NCBI GenBank assembly: GCA_020850225.1
Contig: JADZFD010000078.1
Coordinates: forward strand, 6,846-70,845
DNA: 64,000 nucleotides
Reading direction: 5' to 3'
From: Saprospiraceae bacterium
GTDB lineage: Bacteria; Bacteroidota; Bacteroidia; Chitinophagales; Saprospiraceae
A program made the translations under genes and the position numbers. A model generated the notes under the pieces. It made no database searches and was not told the DNA's origin. It was given only the letters and a program-made list of their open reading frames with translations. Numbering within the stretch: position 1 is the stretch's first letter; each line of letters opens with the position of its first letter. Below are positions 47,044 to 56,931 of this stretch, in pieces.

Positions 47044-47409
47044 ATGAGAAAATTATTATTAATCATTTTAGTTGTCATTAATACACAATTAGAGGCTCAA
47101 GACCCCAGTTATCAGAATTTTGCACAAAACAGATTTCTTTTCAATCCATCCCTTACAGGTAGTTATGGAGCACAGAGCTGGATGGTACGTTCTAAGATGC
47201 AATGGAATAATGATGGAGGTAATGGATACAAAACGTTGAGTCTTTTGTTTGAGGAGACCATGCCGTGCAGTATTCTGGATATAGGTGCTAAAGTTAATTA
47301 CAATGAAGAAGGCGCCGGATTATACCGCACACTTGAGTTGGGATTTTTATCATCTGCATTACACAACAACACCATTTTTCACATTCCAATCACAAAACAA
47401 TTCGGATGA
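47044..47409 (+). pseudogene. truncated PorP/SprF family gene (121 codons, versus 341 in the full-length paralogue at 12142..13167)
   Basis: A signal peptide is followed by QDPSYQNFAQNRFLFNPSLTG...MQWNNDGGNGYKTLSLLFEE, which aligns with the N-terminal third of PorP/SprF. Only 78 nt separate its stop from the convergent ATPase stop, so the rest is absent rather than frameshifted. Confidence 0.65.
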
Positions 47410-47487
47410 CAGATTGTCGGAATTTCACTGATTACAACCCTTAACTCTATATTGTTTAGCAGTTTTTGGACAATTTTCTTATATCCT

Positions 47488-49887
47488 TTATCTATCACCA
47501 GCACCTCTGAATAACCAGGTACTGGACAGCAATCCATATATCATAACCGTAATCGAGCTGACAGGCATGAGGATAGCTGCGACTATGGGTGATAGTTCTC
47601 CTCGTACTGCAAAATACAAACCGATGACATTATATAGAAACGCTAGTATAAATGCGCCTTTTATAAGGTTTCTTGCCTGATGAAGTTTAATCAGATAGTA
47701 CAATAGTCGATCAAATACACCTGCACCCAGTATGGCATCACAGGCTGGAGTGAAATTATTAGAGTCTTCTGAAATGACGATTCCTACATCACTCTGCATT
47801 AAAGCACCGGCATCGTTCAGCCCATCACCTATCATAATCACATGATGTCCCTCTGACTGTACATTTTTGACATAGGTCAATTTATCCATAGGTGACTGTT
47901 CAAAAATCATCTTACTATCTGCTGGAAAAATAGCCCTCAACCTTGATTCTTCACGGTTATTGTCTCCCGACAAAATCGTAATTTTATATCTGCTACTCAG
48001 CGTATCAACCAATTCTTCGACGCCGGTGCGTAGCTGGTGTTCGATATCGAACCTGGTTATATATTGCCCGTCGATGGTTATGAATACTCCTTTCAGATCA
48101 CCATGGGCTTCACATTCGGTATAAAATGCGGAGCCTACTTTGATGACATGTTCCTCTATTACCGTTGATGTACCCTTTCCGGGAACCTCTTCAAAACTTT
48201 CTACAACGGTACTAAAGTCGCCTTCAAGTATCTTGAAAATCGCCTTACTCAAGGGATGACCGGATTGAAATACGGCCGTTTTAATCAGATACCGCTCTTT
48301 TTCTGACAAAGATTTATCCGTATTTATTGCTTTGATGTTTCTATGGTCAGTTAAAGTACCCGTTTTATCAAATATGATCTCATCAATATGCTGGATACGG
48401 TCTATAACCTGCACATTCTTAAGGTAAAATTGATTTCTTCCCAGTATCCGCATGATATTTCCATAGCTGAACGGCATTGCAAGTGCAAGTGCACACGGAC
48501 AGGCAACAATCAGAACGGCGGTAAATGCATTGAATGCCAGGGCTTTATCGGCAATCAGCCAATATACCAGCGTCAGTACGGCTATACTCATCACTGTAAT
48601 TGTAAAATATTTGCCTATTTTATCAATCAGTGTCTGTGTCCGGGCTTCCTTATCGATTCTGAATGTATCTTCATCCCAGAGTTTGGTCAGGTAGGACTGA
48701 TCTACCTTTTTTAGCGTTTGTACCTGTATATTGGCACCTGAATTTTTACCTCCGGCAAACAGTTTATCTCCTTTCTGCTTGCGTATCGGTTCAGACTCCC
48801 CGGTTACAAAGCTGTAGTCTATCCGGGCATTATCCACCATAAGTACGGAATCAACAGGAATGATTTCTTCATTTTTTATCATCACCAGGTCACCTGTATC
48901 GATGTTGTCCAAGGTTCTGGATTCCCACTCATTCCCCACTTTTACCAATGCTGAGATTGGAAAATAGGATTTATAATTCCTGTCAAACGTGATAGAGTAA
49001 AAGGTATAATGCTGAAACCATTTGCCTACCAACAAAAAGAAAACAAAACCAGCCAGACTATCAAGGTAGCCTTCACCCGTTGCTGAAACAATTTCATAGA
49101 CACTTCTGAAATAAAGCGTCAACATACCTACAGCGATAGGAATATCTATGTTGATCTGCTTCATTTTCAATGTCCAGTATGCAGATCTGATGTACCCAAA
49201 TCCACTGTACAGCAATACCGGTGTCGCCAACATTATATTCAGATATCCCAGATAAAACCTGACGGAAGCTTTTTCAAAGCCCAGGTATTCGGGAAAACTC
49301 AGCAACATAATATTGCCAAAAGCAAAACCTGCGAGTCCCAATTTGTAAAACAGACTTCTGTCCTGGCCTATGGTATTCGTTCCTGATAATTTCTGAAGGT
49401 TCAATTCGGGAGGATATCCTATTGAAGCCAGCGTCTCTACCACCTTTCTCAAAGAGACAATCTGAGGATTAAAACTGATTGTAGCTGTCTTGGCCAAAAA
49501 ATTAACCCTTGAGTGAATAATACCCGTTTGTAGTTTATTGATATTTTCAAGCAACCACAGACAAGATGCACAATGGATCTGTGGCAATGAAAACGATATT
49601 TTGTACAGATGCTCCTCTCTGAATTCCAGCAAACTCGCAATAACGCTATCATCATCCAAAAATGCATAATTATTATCACGTATTGTTTTTTGACTCACTC
49701 CGGGAGTATCCTGAAATGTATAGTAGTCTCCCAGTCCATTCTCCTGCAATACTGTATAAATCACCTGACAGCCATTGCAGCAAAAGTCCTTTCCATCCAT
49801 AATAGGATGGTCATCCGGACATTCGTCACCACAATGACTACATACTGTTTTTACAACTTTATCAGGTGCGATTGTCTTAATCATCAC
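47488..49887 (-). CDS. ccoI: heavy-metal (Cu) translocating P-type ATPase, CcoI/FixI type
   Basis: 799 aa. It has an N-terminal Cys-rich domain (CSHCGDECPDD...FCCNGCQVIY), the CPC motif (VACPCALALAMP), DKTGTLT and GDGLNDAGAL. Confidence 0.85.
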   Translation of the reverse strand: MMIKTIAPDKVVKTVCSHCGDECPDDHPIMDGKDFCCNGCQVIYTVLQENGLGDYYTFQDTPGVSQKTIRDNNYAFLDDDSVIASLLEFREEHLYKISFSLPQIHCASCLWLLENINKLQTGIIHSRVNFLAKTATISFNPQIVSLRKVVETLASIGYPPELNLQKLSGTNTIGQDRSLFYKLGLAGFAFGNIMLLSFPEYLGFEKASVRFYLGYLNIMLATPVLLYSGFGYIRSAYWTLKMKQINIDIPIAVGMLTLYFRSVYEIVSATGEGYLDSLAGFVFFLLVGKWFQHYTFYSITFDRNYKSYFPISALVKVGNEWESRTLDNIDTGDLVMIKNEEIIPVDSVLMVDNARIDYSFVTGESEPIRKQKGDKLFAGGKNSGANIQVQTLKKVDQSYLTKLWDEDTFRIDKEARTQTLIDKIGKYFTITVMSIAVLTLVYWLIADKALAFNAFTAVLIVACPCALALAMPFSYGNIMRILGRNQFYLKNVQVIDRIQHIDEIIFDKTGTLTDHRNIKAINTDKSLSEKERYLIKTAVFQSGHPLSKAIFKILEGDFSTVVESFEEVPGKGTSTVIEEHVIKVGSAFYTECEAHGDLKGVFITIDGQYITRFDIEHQLRTGVEELVDTLSSRYKITILSGDNNREESRLRAIFPADSKMIFEQSPMDKLTYVKNVQSEGHHVIMIGDGLNDAGALMQSDVGIVISEDSNNFTPACDAILGAGVFDRLLYYLIKLHQARNLIKGAFILAFLYNVIGLYFAVRGELSPIVAAILMPVSSITVMIYGLLSSTWLFRGAGDR

Positions 49888-49975
49888 AGTCTGTTTAATA
49901 GAAAGGTATTCCGGCTTACAGCCAAAACACCTTTAATCTATTCAATATAATATTTAATACTTAAAAATAAAGATA

Positions 49976-51505
49976 CTACAAATCAAACTTAATACCTTGT
50001 GCCAAAGGCAATTGTGTACTGTAATTAATCGTATTTGTCTGACGTCGCATATATGCCTTCCATGAATCAGAACCGGATTCTCTTCCTCCACCTGTTTCTT
50101 TCTCACCACCAAAGGCACCTCCAATTTCTGCACCACTTGTGCCGATATTAACATTGGCTATACCACAGTCTGACCCTGCACAAGACAGATATCTTTCAGC
50201 TTCCCTCAGATTATTTGTCATAATTGCTGATGACAGTCCTTGTGGTACATCATTCTGAATGTCAATCGCATTTTCAACGCTTCCACTGTACTGCAGTAAA
50301 TAAAGTATTGGCGCGAAGGTTTCATGCTGAACAATAGGCATACTGTTTTCAGCTTCAACTATACACGGTTTGACATAGCATCCAGTTTCGTAACCTTCAC
50401 CCGTAATCACACCACCTTCAACCAGTATATTGGCACCTTGCTCTTTTGCCGCTTTCAAAGCATTCATATAGTTATCTGCTGCCTGTGTATCAATCAGAGG
50501 ACCTACATGGAAAGAAGGATCCAATGGGTTGCCTATGCGAAGCTGACCATAAGCCTTGACTAATTTGGATTTTACTTCTTCATATACATCTTTGTGGACG
50601 ATGAGCCTTCGTGTAGTCGTACATCTTTGTCCACAAGTTCCTACAGCACCAAACAATGCACCAGTCAATACGAGATTCAGGTCAGCAGAAGGTGTCACAA
50701 TGATGGCATTATTACCTCCCAGCTCCAACAAACTCTTTCCCAATCGTTCAGCAACCGTTTTGCCTACTATTTTTCCCATGCGGGTACTTCCTGTAGCAGA
50801 TATCAGGGCAACGCGGCTATCCTGAGTCATCCACTCTCCTACTTTATAATCTCCGGTGATTATACTGTTTACACCTTCGGGAACATTATTAGCCTTCAGT
50901 ACATCATGAAGTAAATTCTGACATGCAACAGCACATAATGGTACTTTTTCACTAGCTTTCCAAACGCATACATCTCCGCATACGAGAGCTATCATAGAGT
51001 TCCATGACCATACAGCTACGGGAAAGTTGAAAGCAGAGATGATGCCTACAATACCCAGTGAATGCCATTGTTCATACATACGGTGGTGTGGTCTTTCAGA
51101 ATGCATCGTCAAACCATACAATTGCCTTGACAGTCCTACTGCAAAGTCACAGATATCAATCATCTCCTGTACTTCACCGTACCCTTCCTGCAGAGATTTA
51201 CCCATTTCATACGAAACGAGTTTACCTAAAGCTTCCTTGTTTTTTCGCAGTACATCTCCATATTGTCTTACGATTTCACCACGCTTGGGAGCGGGCATCT
51301 CTCTCCACGCTACAAATGCTTTTTGTGCCTGACTGATGACCTTCTCGTAGTTCTCATGCGTCGTAGTACTCACACTACCTATCAGTTTCCCGTCAACAGG
51401 AGAATAGGAATCAATAAAATTGCCGGAAGTGAGTGCATTTTGCCCTGTCCAGGTTCCTTCATTTTTAGCATGAAGATTAAGATTTTTTAAAAATGATGTA
51501 TCCAT
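49976..51505 (-). CDS. aldehyde dehydrogenase family protein, ALDH7-like (aminoadipate-semialdehyde / piperideine-6-carboxylate dehydrogenase)
   Basis: 509 aa with an ALDH7-like N-terminus (LHAKNEGTWTG...IDSYSPVDGKLIG) and the catalytic motifs ELGGNNA and GTCGQRCTT. Confidence 0.8.
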   Translation of the reverse strand: MDTSFLKNLNLHAKNEGTWTGQNALTSGNFIDSYSPVDGKLIGSVSTTTHENYEKVISQAQKAFVAWREMPAPKRGEIVRQYGDVLRKNKEALGKLVSYEMGKSLQEGYGEVQEMIDICDFAVGLSRQLYGLTMHSERPHHRMYEQWHSLGIVGIISAFNFPVAVWSWNSMIALVCGDVCVWKASEKVPLCAVACQNLLHDVLKANNVPEGVNSIITGDYKVGEWMTQDSRVALISATGSTRMGKIVGKTVAERLGKSLLELGGNNAIIVTPSADLNLVLTGALFGAVGTCGQRCTTTRRLIVHKDVYEEVKSKLVKAYGQLRIGNPLDPSFHVGPLIDTQAADNYMNALKAAKEQGANILVEGGVITGEGYETGCYVKPCIVEAENSMPIVQHETFAPILYLLQYSGSVENAIDIQNDVPQGLSSAIMTNNLREAERYLSCAGSDCGIANVNIGTSGAEIGGAFGGEKETGGGRESGSDSWKAYMRRQTNTINYSTQLPLAQGIKFDL

Positions 51506-51770
51506 TAATACTTATTATTTTGATATATATTTTAAATGTTAGTCCGAACTATTGTTAATCGGAATGCAAAACTAAGAAAATACTGCTATAAGCAATGACC
51601 TTTTGAACAAAACGTGATCTATATCATATCCGCCAATATTGTGCCTGCACCTGAATTACCGTTTTTCATAACAGCATCAACTATAACCCTTATCTGAAAA
51701 CCGCAGCTTACAATTTTTGACTGTTTCAAAATCCTCTAAATCCGTTCAGGGAGTATAATTGTTGTCAATT

Positions 51771-53450
51771 TTATTCCATCAGTTTTTCAACTATTGCCAG
51801 TATCTCCTGTTCCATTGTCTTGGCTTTTTCAAGCATTTCATACACCTGTGCCTTGGCTTGCTCAACATATTCAGTATCCTTAAATCCTACACAATTGATC
51901 TTTACATTCAGACCGGCACCTTCTACTGCTGTACGGACACATATAGCACCGACACCCGCATCTGAAACAGAGTTGGGATTACCATGTGTAGCCATTTCCT
52001 TAATCAATTCTAAAGAGGAGAGACTAACCCTCATTACTTCCAATGGTACCTCAATAGCGCCTTTTGTAGCCGCATTCAGTGCCTGGGAGCGCAATACTTT
52101 CTCTTCATCATTCGTTTTCGGCATGCGGATAGCTTCGATTATCTTGTTATAGGCTGATGTATCTGCATCGACCAGCATCATCAGTTTATCCTTGATCGCC
52201 TGGCCTTTTTCTGCCCATTCCGAGAAAAAATCTATTTTATCATCCCAGCCTTTTTTATGGGAGCTCAAGTTGGCAACCATCGTTCCTAAGGAAACACCCA
52301 AAACACCTACATATGCAGAAGCACTTCCTCCACCCGGTACAGGACCTTCACCTGCTGTGGCATCTGCAAACTCAAGCAACGTTTTATGCGCCAAAGGTCG
52401 TGCAGCCTTGTCTTCAAGCAGATACTCGATTACTTTTTTATCCGGATCAAAAGGAGCTAGCTCATCCAATCCAAGCGTTCGAACAGCAATGTGGATAAGT
52501 TCTCTTTCTGAAACTCCCACTGATCTTCTTTGCTGCTTCAGGAAGTATTTTCCAGCATCTGTAAGAACAGATTTAGGTACCAGGCCCACCAGTTCAGAGC
52601 CCGTTACCCGCATACCTCTTTGTGTTGCACTTGTACAGCATGCATCAAAAGCTATATGCAGCGGTGTATCGTTGATATTGGTCAGATTCATAGATATCTG
52701 AGCGACACCATATTCTTCTATATACCAGCCGATTGCTTTTACGGACTTACATTTGCCCGGTATTCTTACTGGATCTCCATTTTCATCCAACACCGGTTTA
52801 CCTTTATCATTGGTCTTCACACGACCCACTTCTCTGACATCGAATGCTATTGAATTTGCCCTCCTTTCAGAAGTAGTGTTCAGATTTATATTGTAGGCAA
52901 TCAGAAAATCACGTGCTCCGATAGCTGTGGTACCTGAATGCGTATTCATCTCTGCCCTGCCATAGTCAGGTTTCCATCTGCCATCTTTGATTTTTGCAGC
53001 AAATCCCTCATACTCTCCGGCACGTATATGCGCCAGATTTTTCCTTTCAGGTTGTGTCGCAGCTGATTCGTACATATATACAGGTATATTCAGTTCTTCG
53101 CCGACTCTTTTACCCAGCTTATGTGCATATGAGGCCGTTTCTTCCATTGTTATACCTGATATCGGTATTAAAGGACATACATCCGTTGCACCCATACGCG
53201 GATGTTCACCTTTATGCTTTGTCATATCGATAAGTTCTCCTGCTTTTTTTATGGCTCTGTAAGCAGCTTCTATGACCACATCAGGATGTCCGACGAAGGT
53301 GACTACTGTCCTGTTTGTAGCTTTCCCCGGATCAACATCCAGCAGTCTGACACCTTCTACTGCTTCTATTTCATCTGTGATCTGTTTGATGATTTTCATG
53401 TCCCTTCCTTCGCTGAAATTAGGGACACATTCTATAATAGGTTGGTACAT
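51771..53450 (-). CDS. ftcD: bifunctional glutamate formimidoyltransferase / formimidoyltetrahydrofolate cyclodeaminase
   Basis: 559 aa. It has the hallmark N-terminus IECVPNFSEGRD. The C-terminal ~200 aa are helical and cyclodeaminase-like (GGGSASAYVGVLG...). Confidence 0.85.
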   Translation of the reverse strand: MYQPIIECVPNFSEGRDMKIIKQITDEIEAVEGVRLLDVDPGKATNRTVVTFVGHPDVVIEAAYRAIKKAGELIDMTKHKGEHPRMGATDVCPLIPISGITMEETASYAHKLGKRVGEELNIPVYMYESAATQPERKNLAHIRAGEYEGFAAKIKDGRWKPDYGRAEMNTHSGTTAIGARDFLIAYNINLNTTSERRANSIAFDVREVGRVKTNDKGKPVLDENGDPVRIPGKCKSVKAIGWYIEEYGVAQISMNLTNINDTPLHIAFDACCTSATQRGMRVTGSELVGLVPKSVLTDAGKYFLKQQRRSVGVSERELIHIAVRTLGLDELAPFDPDKKVIEYLLEDKAARPLAHKTLLEFADATAGEGPVPGGGSASAYVGVLGVSLGTMVANLSSHKKGWDDKIDFFSEWAEKGQAIKDKLMMLVDADTSAYNKIIEAIRMPKTNDEEKVLRSQALNAATKGAIEVPLEVMRVSLSSLELIKEMATHGNPNSVSDAGVGAICVRTAVEGAGLNVKINCVGFKDTEYVEQAKAQVYEMLEKAKTMEQEILAIVEKLME

Positions 53451-53554
53451 AATATTTGATTTTGTAAAACAATATTCTAAACAGCATATTACTTATTAAG
53501 TTGACACAAAATATAAATTAAGTCCTTTCCCTTCCCTGTATTTTAAAAATACCT

Positions 53555-53562
53555 TATATTTG
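53555..53562 (+). promoter_or_regulatory. -7 box TATATTTG
   Basis: 25 nt to the ATG at 53588. Confidence 0.45.
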
Positions 53563-53587
53563 AATAAATTTTAAAAAAAGCACACGT

Positions 53588-55018
53588 ATGAGATGGATTG
53601 GATTTCTATTGTTATTTATAGTCATATATGACTTGCCGGCGCAGAAAGTTACCGTATCCCGTGAAATCCTTGTCAGAAATAATTTCAATTACGATATCCT
53701 TCCTAATATTGGTAAAAATACAATTTTCTACCACGACAGAGGTACAGAACAGCTATTTGAAATCTACGACAAATCACTAAAATTCATAGGCGACGCTCAA
53801 CCACAGTTTGAAGTGCGTAATATTCAGCCGGTTGCTGTTGTAGCTTTGGATTCTACGTTCAATTTCTATTACAGTTATCGGGATGAGGGAATGACATACA
53901 CAAGAGTAATAGCTTTTGACGACGAAATCAACATGGTAGACTCTTTAACCATATCCGGCAGAAACAACAAAAAAACGAATACATCAACGAGATATGTCGT
54001 CTCCGGAGACAAATCCAAAGTCCTGCTTTTTTCACCTGCAGACAAACAAATTTTTCTGCAACTCATAGACAATCACAATTTACAGGTTATATATGAGTAC
54101 ACTTTGAATATTGAAGCCATCAATTTCCGTACTGATTTTGAAAAAATACTTTTGAATAACGCCGGTGAAATTTTTATAATAACACGTAAAAATTCTCTTT
54201 GGAGCCGGGATAAAAACAAAGGCTTCAATCTCGTACATTTCTTTCCCAACCATCAGTATTCTGTCAAACGTTTTTCTGCTGAATTGGGTGAAATATCAAC
54301 GATTAAATTGGAATATGATGAAAAAAATGACAAACTCGCCCTTGGAGGACTTATCCATGATGGAAATGAAAGAACTGCCATGGGGTATTTCGGATTTTCC
54401 GTTTCTCCGGAAAAAGTACCGCTGGATGCTGAAATCATAGTCAATAAATTTTCAAGGGAATTTATAATTGAGGCCTCCGGCAATATCAATAAAAAGGCTA
54501 AGGAACTTGAAGACTTTCAGATCAGGGATATGTTTCTGCGCAATGATGGCGGAGTAATACTTATAGCTGAACAAATCAGAGAATTTGTAAGAAGAAGCCC
54601 AATGTCCAATCCTGCACAGTTTCACAATGGTGTACCTATGTCAGGATACGTTGACTATTATAATGAAAACCTTATCGTTTTAGCCAATTATCCTGATGGA
54701 AACGAACAATGGAAAAAAGTCCTGTATAAAAAGCAATTTTCGCAGGATGACAACAGTATTTATTCTTCCTTTTTTCTGTTCAAAACGCCTTCAAGACTAC
54801 GCCTTCTGTACAATGACGAAATCAAATCCAGCAATACCGTCTCTGAATACCTGATGGATCCGTTAGGCAATTACGAGCGCAAAAGTGTTCTCAGTACAGA
54901 ATATCAAAACCTGAAATTGCGTTTCCGTGACGCTATCCAAACCAGCTCTACAAGCATCATCGTACCCAGTGAAAGAAGTTCAAAAATCTATTTAGTGAAA
55001 ATCGAATATGATATATAA
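53588..55018 (+). CDS. hypothetical secreted protein
   Basis: 476-aa ORF with a signal peptide (MRWIGFLLLFIVIYDLPAQ). I recognise no motif. Confidence 0.6.
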   Translation: MRWIGFLLLFIVIYDLPAQKVTVSREILVRNNFNYDILPNIGKNTIFYHDRGTEQLFEIYDKSLKFIGDAQPQFEVRNIQPVAVVALDSTFNFYYSYRDEGMTYTRVIAFDDEINMVDSLTISGRNNKKTNTSTRYVVSGDKSKVLLFSPADKQIFLQLIDNHNLQVIYEYTLNIEAINFRTDFEKILLNNAGEIFIITRKNSLWSRDKNKGFNLVHFFPNHQYSVKRFSAELGEISTIKLEYDEKNDKLALGGLIHDGNERTAMGYFGFSVSPEKVPLDAEIIVNKFSREFIIEASGNINKKAKELEDFQIRDMFLRNDGGVILIAEQIREFVRRSPMSNPAQFHNGVPMSGYVDYYNENLIVLANYPDGNEQWKKVLYKKQFSQDDNSIYSSFFLFKTPSRLRLLYNDEIKSSNTVSEYLMDPLGNYERKSVLSTEYQNLKLRFRDAIQTSSTSIIVPSERSSKIYLVKIEYDI

Positions 55019-55023
55019 TTATT

Positions 55024-55440
55024 TTATCGAGGTAGTTTCATGATATATATCAGACGTTTGATGCTGAATCTTCCGGCACCATTGGCTATAAGAAGCAGCA
55101 GACTACCGATAATAGCCAGATTTCTCATAAAATATATGGCATGGATTCGCTTATAATCCGGAGCATCATCCCAAAATGAATATACAATCAATGTATATGG
55201 CAACCAATACAACAACAACAATACAGCACCTAAACGGGCATGATATCCTATCAGCACCAAAACCCCACCTACCAGCAGGATACCTATCAAAAACTTCAGC
55301 AGGAGATCCTGTTGCCAAACTATACCATAAGCTGTCATCGTAGCTTTGGTCTTGTTAAAAAAAACAATGGCATCCAATGCCTCATATATAAATACAAACG
55401 CAATTAAAATCCTCGCAAGCAGTTCGGCTATATCCTTCAT
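55024..55440 (-). CDS. DoxX family membrane protein
   Basis: Four TM segments and the N-terminus LLARILIAFVFIYEALD. The start is taken at MKDIAELL; the longer ORF runs to 55467. Confidence 0.7.
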   Translation of the reverse strand: MKDIAELLARILIAFVFIYEALDAIVFFNKTKATMTAYGIVWQQDLLLKFLIGILLVGGVLVLIGYHARLGAVLLLLYWLPYTLIVYSFWDDAPDYKRIHAIYFMRNLAIIGSLLLLIANGAGRFSIKRLIYIMKLPR

Positions 55441-55619
55441 ACCACAAAGGTAGATATTACAAAACACTATTTTACATCCTTCATAGGAAAAATACTGTTT
55501 ATTACGTCAGAAGCAGCACTTATAATATCCGGAAAATCATTCAGCACATATTGATACTAATCACCAATCGCAACTTAAAACACACTACAATTTTACTGCT
55601 TACACATAATAACGGCACT

Positions 55620-56711
55620 TCATTCCCTGACTTCCCTTAGCTTTAATTCCGCAGACATCACCCGTTCCTGTTGCTCGATACTCTCATCGTGTATTGCCTT
55701 GATAATCTGAGTAATAAAGTCCTCACTCAATCCATTATCCTGACTCCTGTCAATAAATTTCTGTAATATCTCTTTCCATCGCTCACTTTGCAGGATGGTC
55801 ATGTTGTGGTTGCGCTTATAATAACCGATCTCACGTGCCAGTTCCATTCTGGATGCCAATACATGCATGATTTCATCATCCAGTATATCTATCTCCCGGC
55901 GCAATCTGTCCAGATGGGATTTAACCAACGAGTCTGCCGGCTCTATATCACGTATTTTTAGATTTTCTATCAGAGATTTGTATGTTTCAGGGGTAATTTG
56001 CTGAGCGGCATCACTCCACGCCTGATCAGGTGTGATGTGCGTCTCTATCATCAGGCCATCAAAATTGAGATCCAACGCTTTTTGCGCTATCTTCGCCAGC
56101 AAATGCCTGTTGCCACATATATGGCTGGGGTCGTTAATCATACATATATCCGGCATCTGCGTTTTAAAATCTATTGCTATCTGCCACTGCGGACGGTTGC
56201 GGTATATTTTTTCTCCAAAAAACGAGAATCCTCTGTGTATAGCTCCCAACCTGGTTAATCCGGCATTGATCAATCGCTCCATCCCGCCCAACCAGAGATC
56301 CAGATCAGGATTTACTGGATTTTTCAGAAAGACTATCTGATTGGTACCACGCAATGCATCGGCAATTTCCTGCACTGCAAAAGGATTGACAGTGGTTCTC
56401 GCACCAATCCACATAATATCAATACCGTACTTCAGACATATTTCGACATGTTCGGCTTTCGCTACTTCTACAGCCAGAGGAATGCCTGTCTCTTTTTTAG
56501 CATTTATCAACCAGGGAATGCCTGACTCTCCTACTCCTTCAAACGCACCGGGACGGGTACGTGGCTTCCATATCCCAGCCCTGAAAACATCGGCTTTACC
56601 GGTATTCTTTAATCGGATAGCCGTTTGAAGTACCTGATCTTCTGTCTCAGCACTGCACGGACCAGCGATCAAAAGGGGTTTTCCTGGTTTATTGAACCAT
56701 TTATCTGACAT
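55620..56711 (-). CDS. bifunctional 3-deoxy-7-phosphoheptulonate (DAHP) synthase / chorismate mutase type II
   Basis: 363 aa. It has a type I-beta DAHPS/KDSA-like TIM barrel (IAGPCSAE...DPSH) and a C-terminal CM motif (RREIDILDDEIMHVLASRMELAREIGYYK). Confidence 0.85.
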   Translation of the reverse strand: MSDKWFNKPGKPLLIAGPCSAETEDQVLQTAIRLKNTGKADVFRAGIWKPRTRPGAFEGVGESGIPWLINAKKETGIPLAVEVAKAEHVEICLKYGIDIMWIGARTTVNPFAVQEIADALRGTNQIVFLKNPVNPDLDLWLGGMERLINAGLTRLGAIHRGFSFFGEKIYRNRPQWQIAIDFKTQMPDICMINDPSHICGNRHLLAKIAQKALDLNFDGLMIETHITPDQAWSDAAQQITPETYKSLIENLKIRDIEPADSLVKSHLDRLRREIDILDDEIMHVLASRMELAREIGYYKRNHNMTILQSERWKEILQKFIDRSQDNGLSEDFITQIIKAIHDESIEQQERVMSAELKLREVRE

Positions 56712-56896
56712 TAAATGCTTCGTTTTAAATACACGTTTTTTTTAATAATAAATACAAAACTACTACATTCAGCTATTTTTTAGTTAATATGATGGACTAA
56801 TTCACAAAAAATAAACATTTTCAAAAAGTAGAATATCTCTTTTCTGTAATAAATGGCCGGTACAGCCCCAAATTGCGTTTATATCAAGCAAATGTT

Positions 56897-56904
56897 TATC
56901 TTTG
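56897..56904 (+). promoter_or_regulatory. -7 box TATCTTTG for ettA
   Basis: 27 nt to the ATG at 56932. It lies inside the longer ORF-track ORF, so it supports the shorter start. Confidence 0.45.
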
Positions 56905-56931
56905 TACCCACATATCAAAAAATACATATAT

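Noticed and set aside
51771-53450. Fused formiminotransferase-cyclodeaminase as a eukaryote-like oddity
   Set aside because: As far as I recall, the two-domain FTCD architecture is widespread in Bacteroidota. Nothing in the sequence context suggests recent transfer.
50324-53499. Dense stack of 60-170-aa ORFs antisense to, or out of frame with, the ALDH and ftcD genes. Similar stacks occur at 15217-16565 in porU, 55998-56628 in the DAHPS gene and 59336-61618 in gcvP.
   Set aside because: They sit inside long, strongly conserved genes with locally higher GC and fewer chance stop codons. Their translations are low-complexity Ser/Pro/Cys-rich sequences typical of shadow ORFs.
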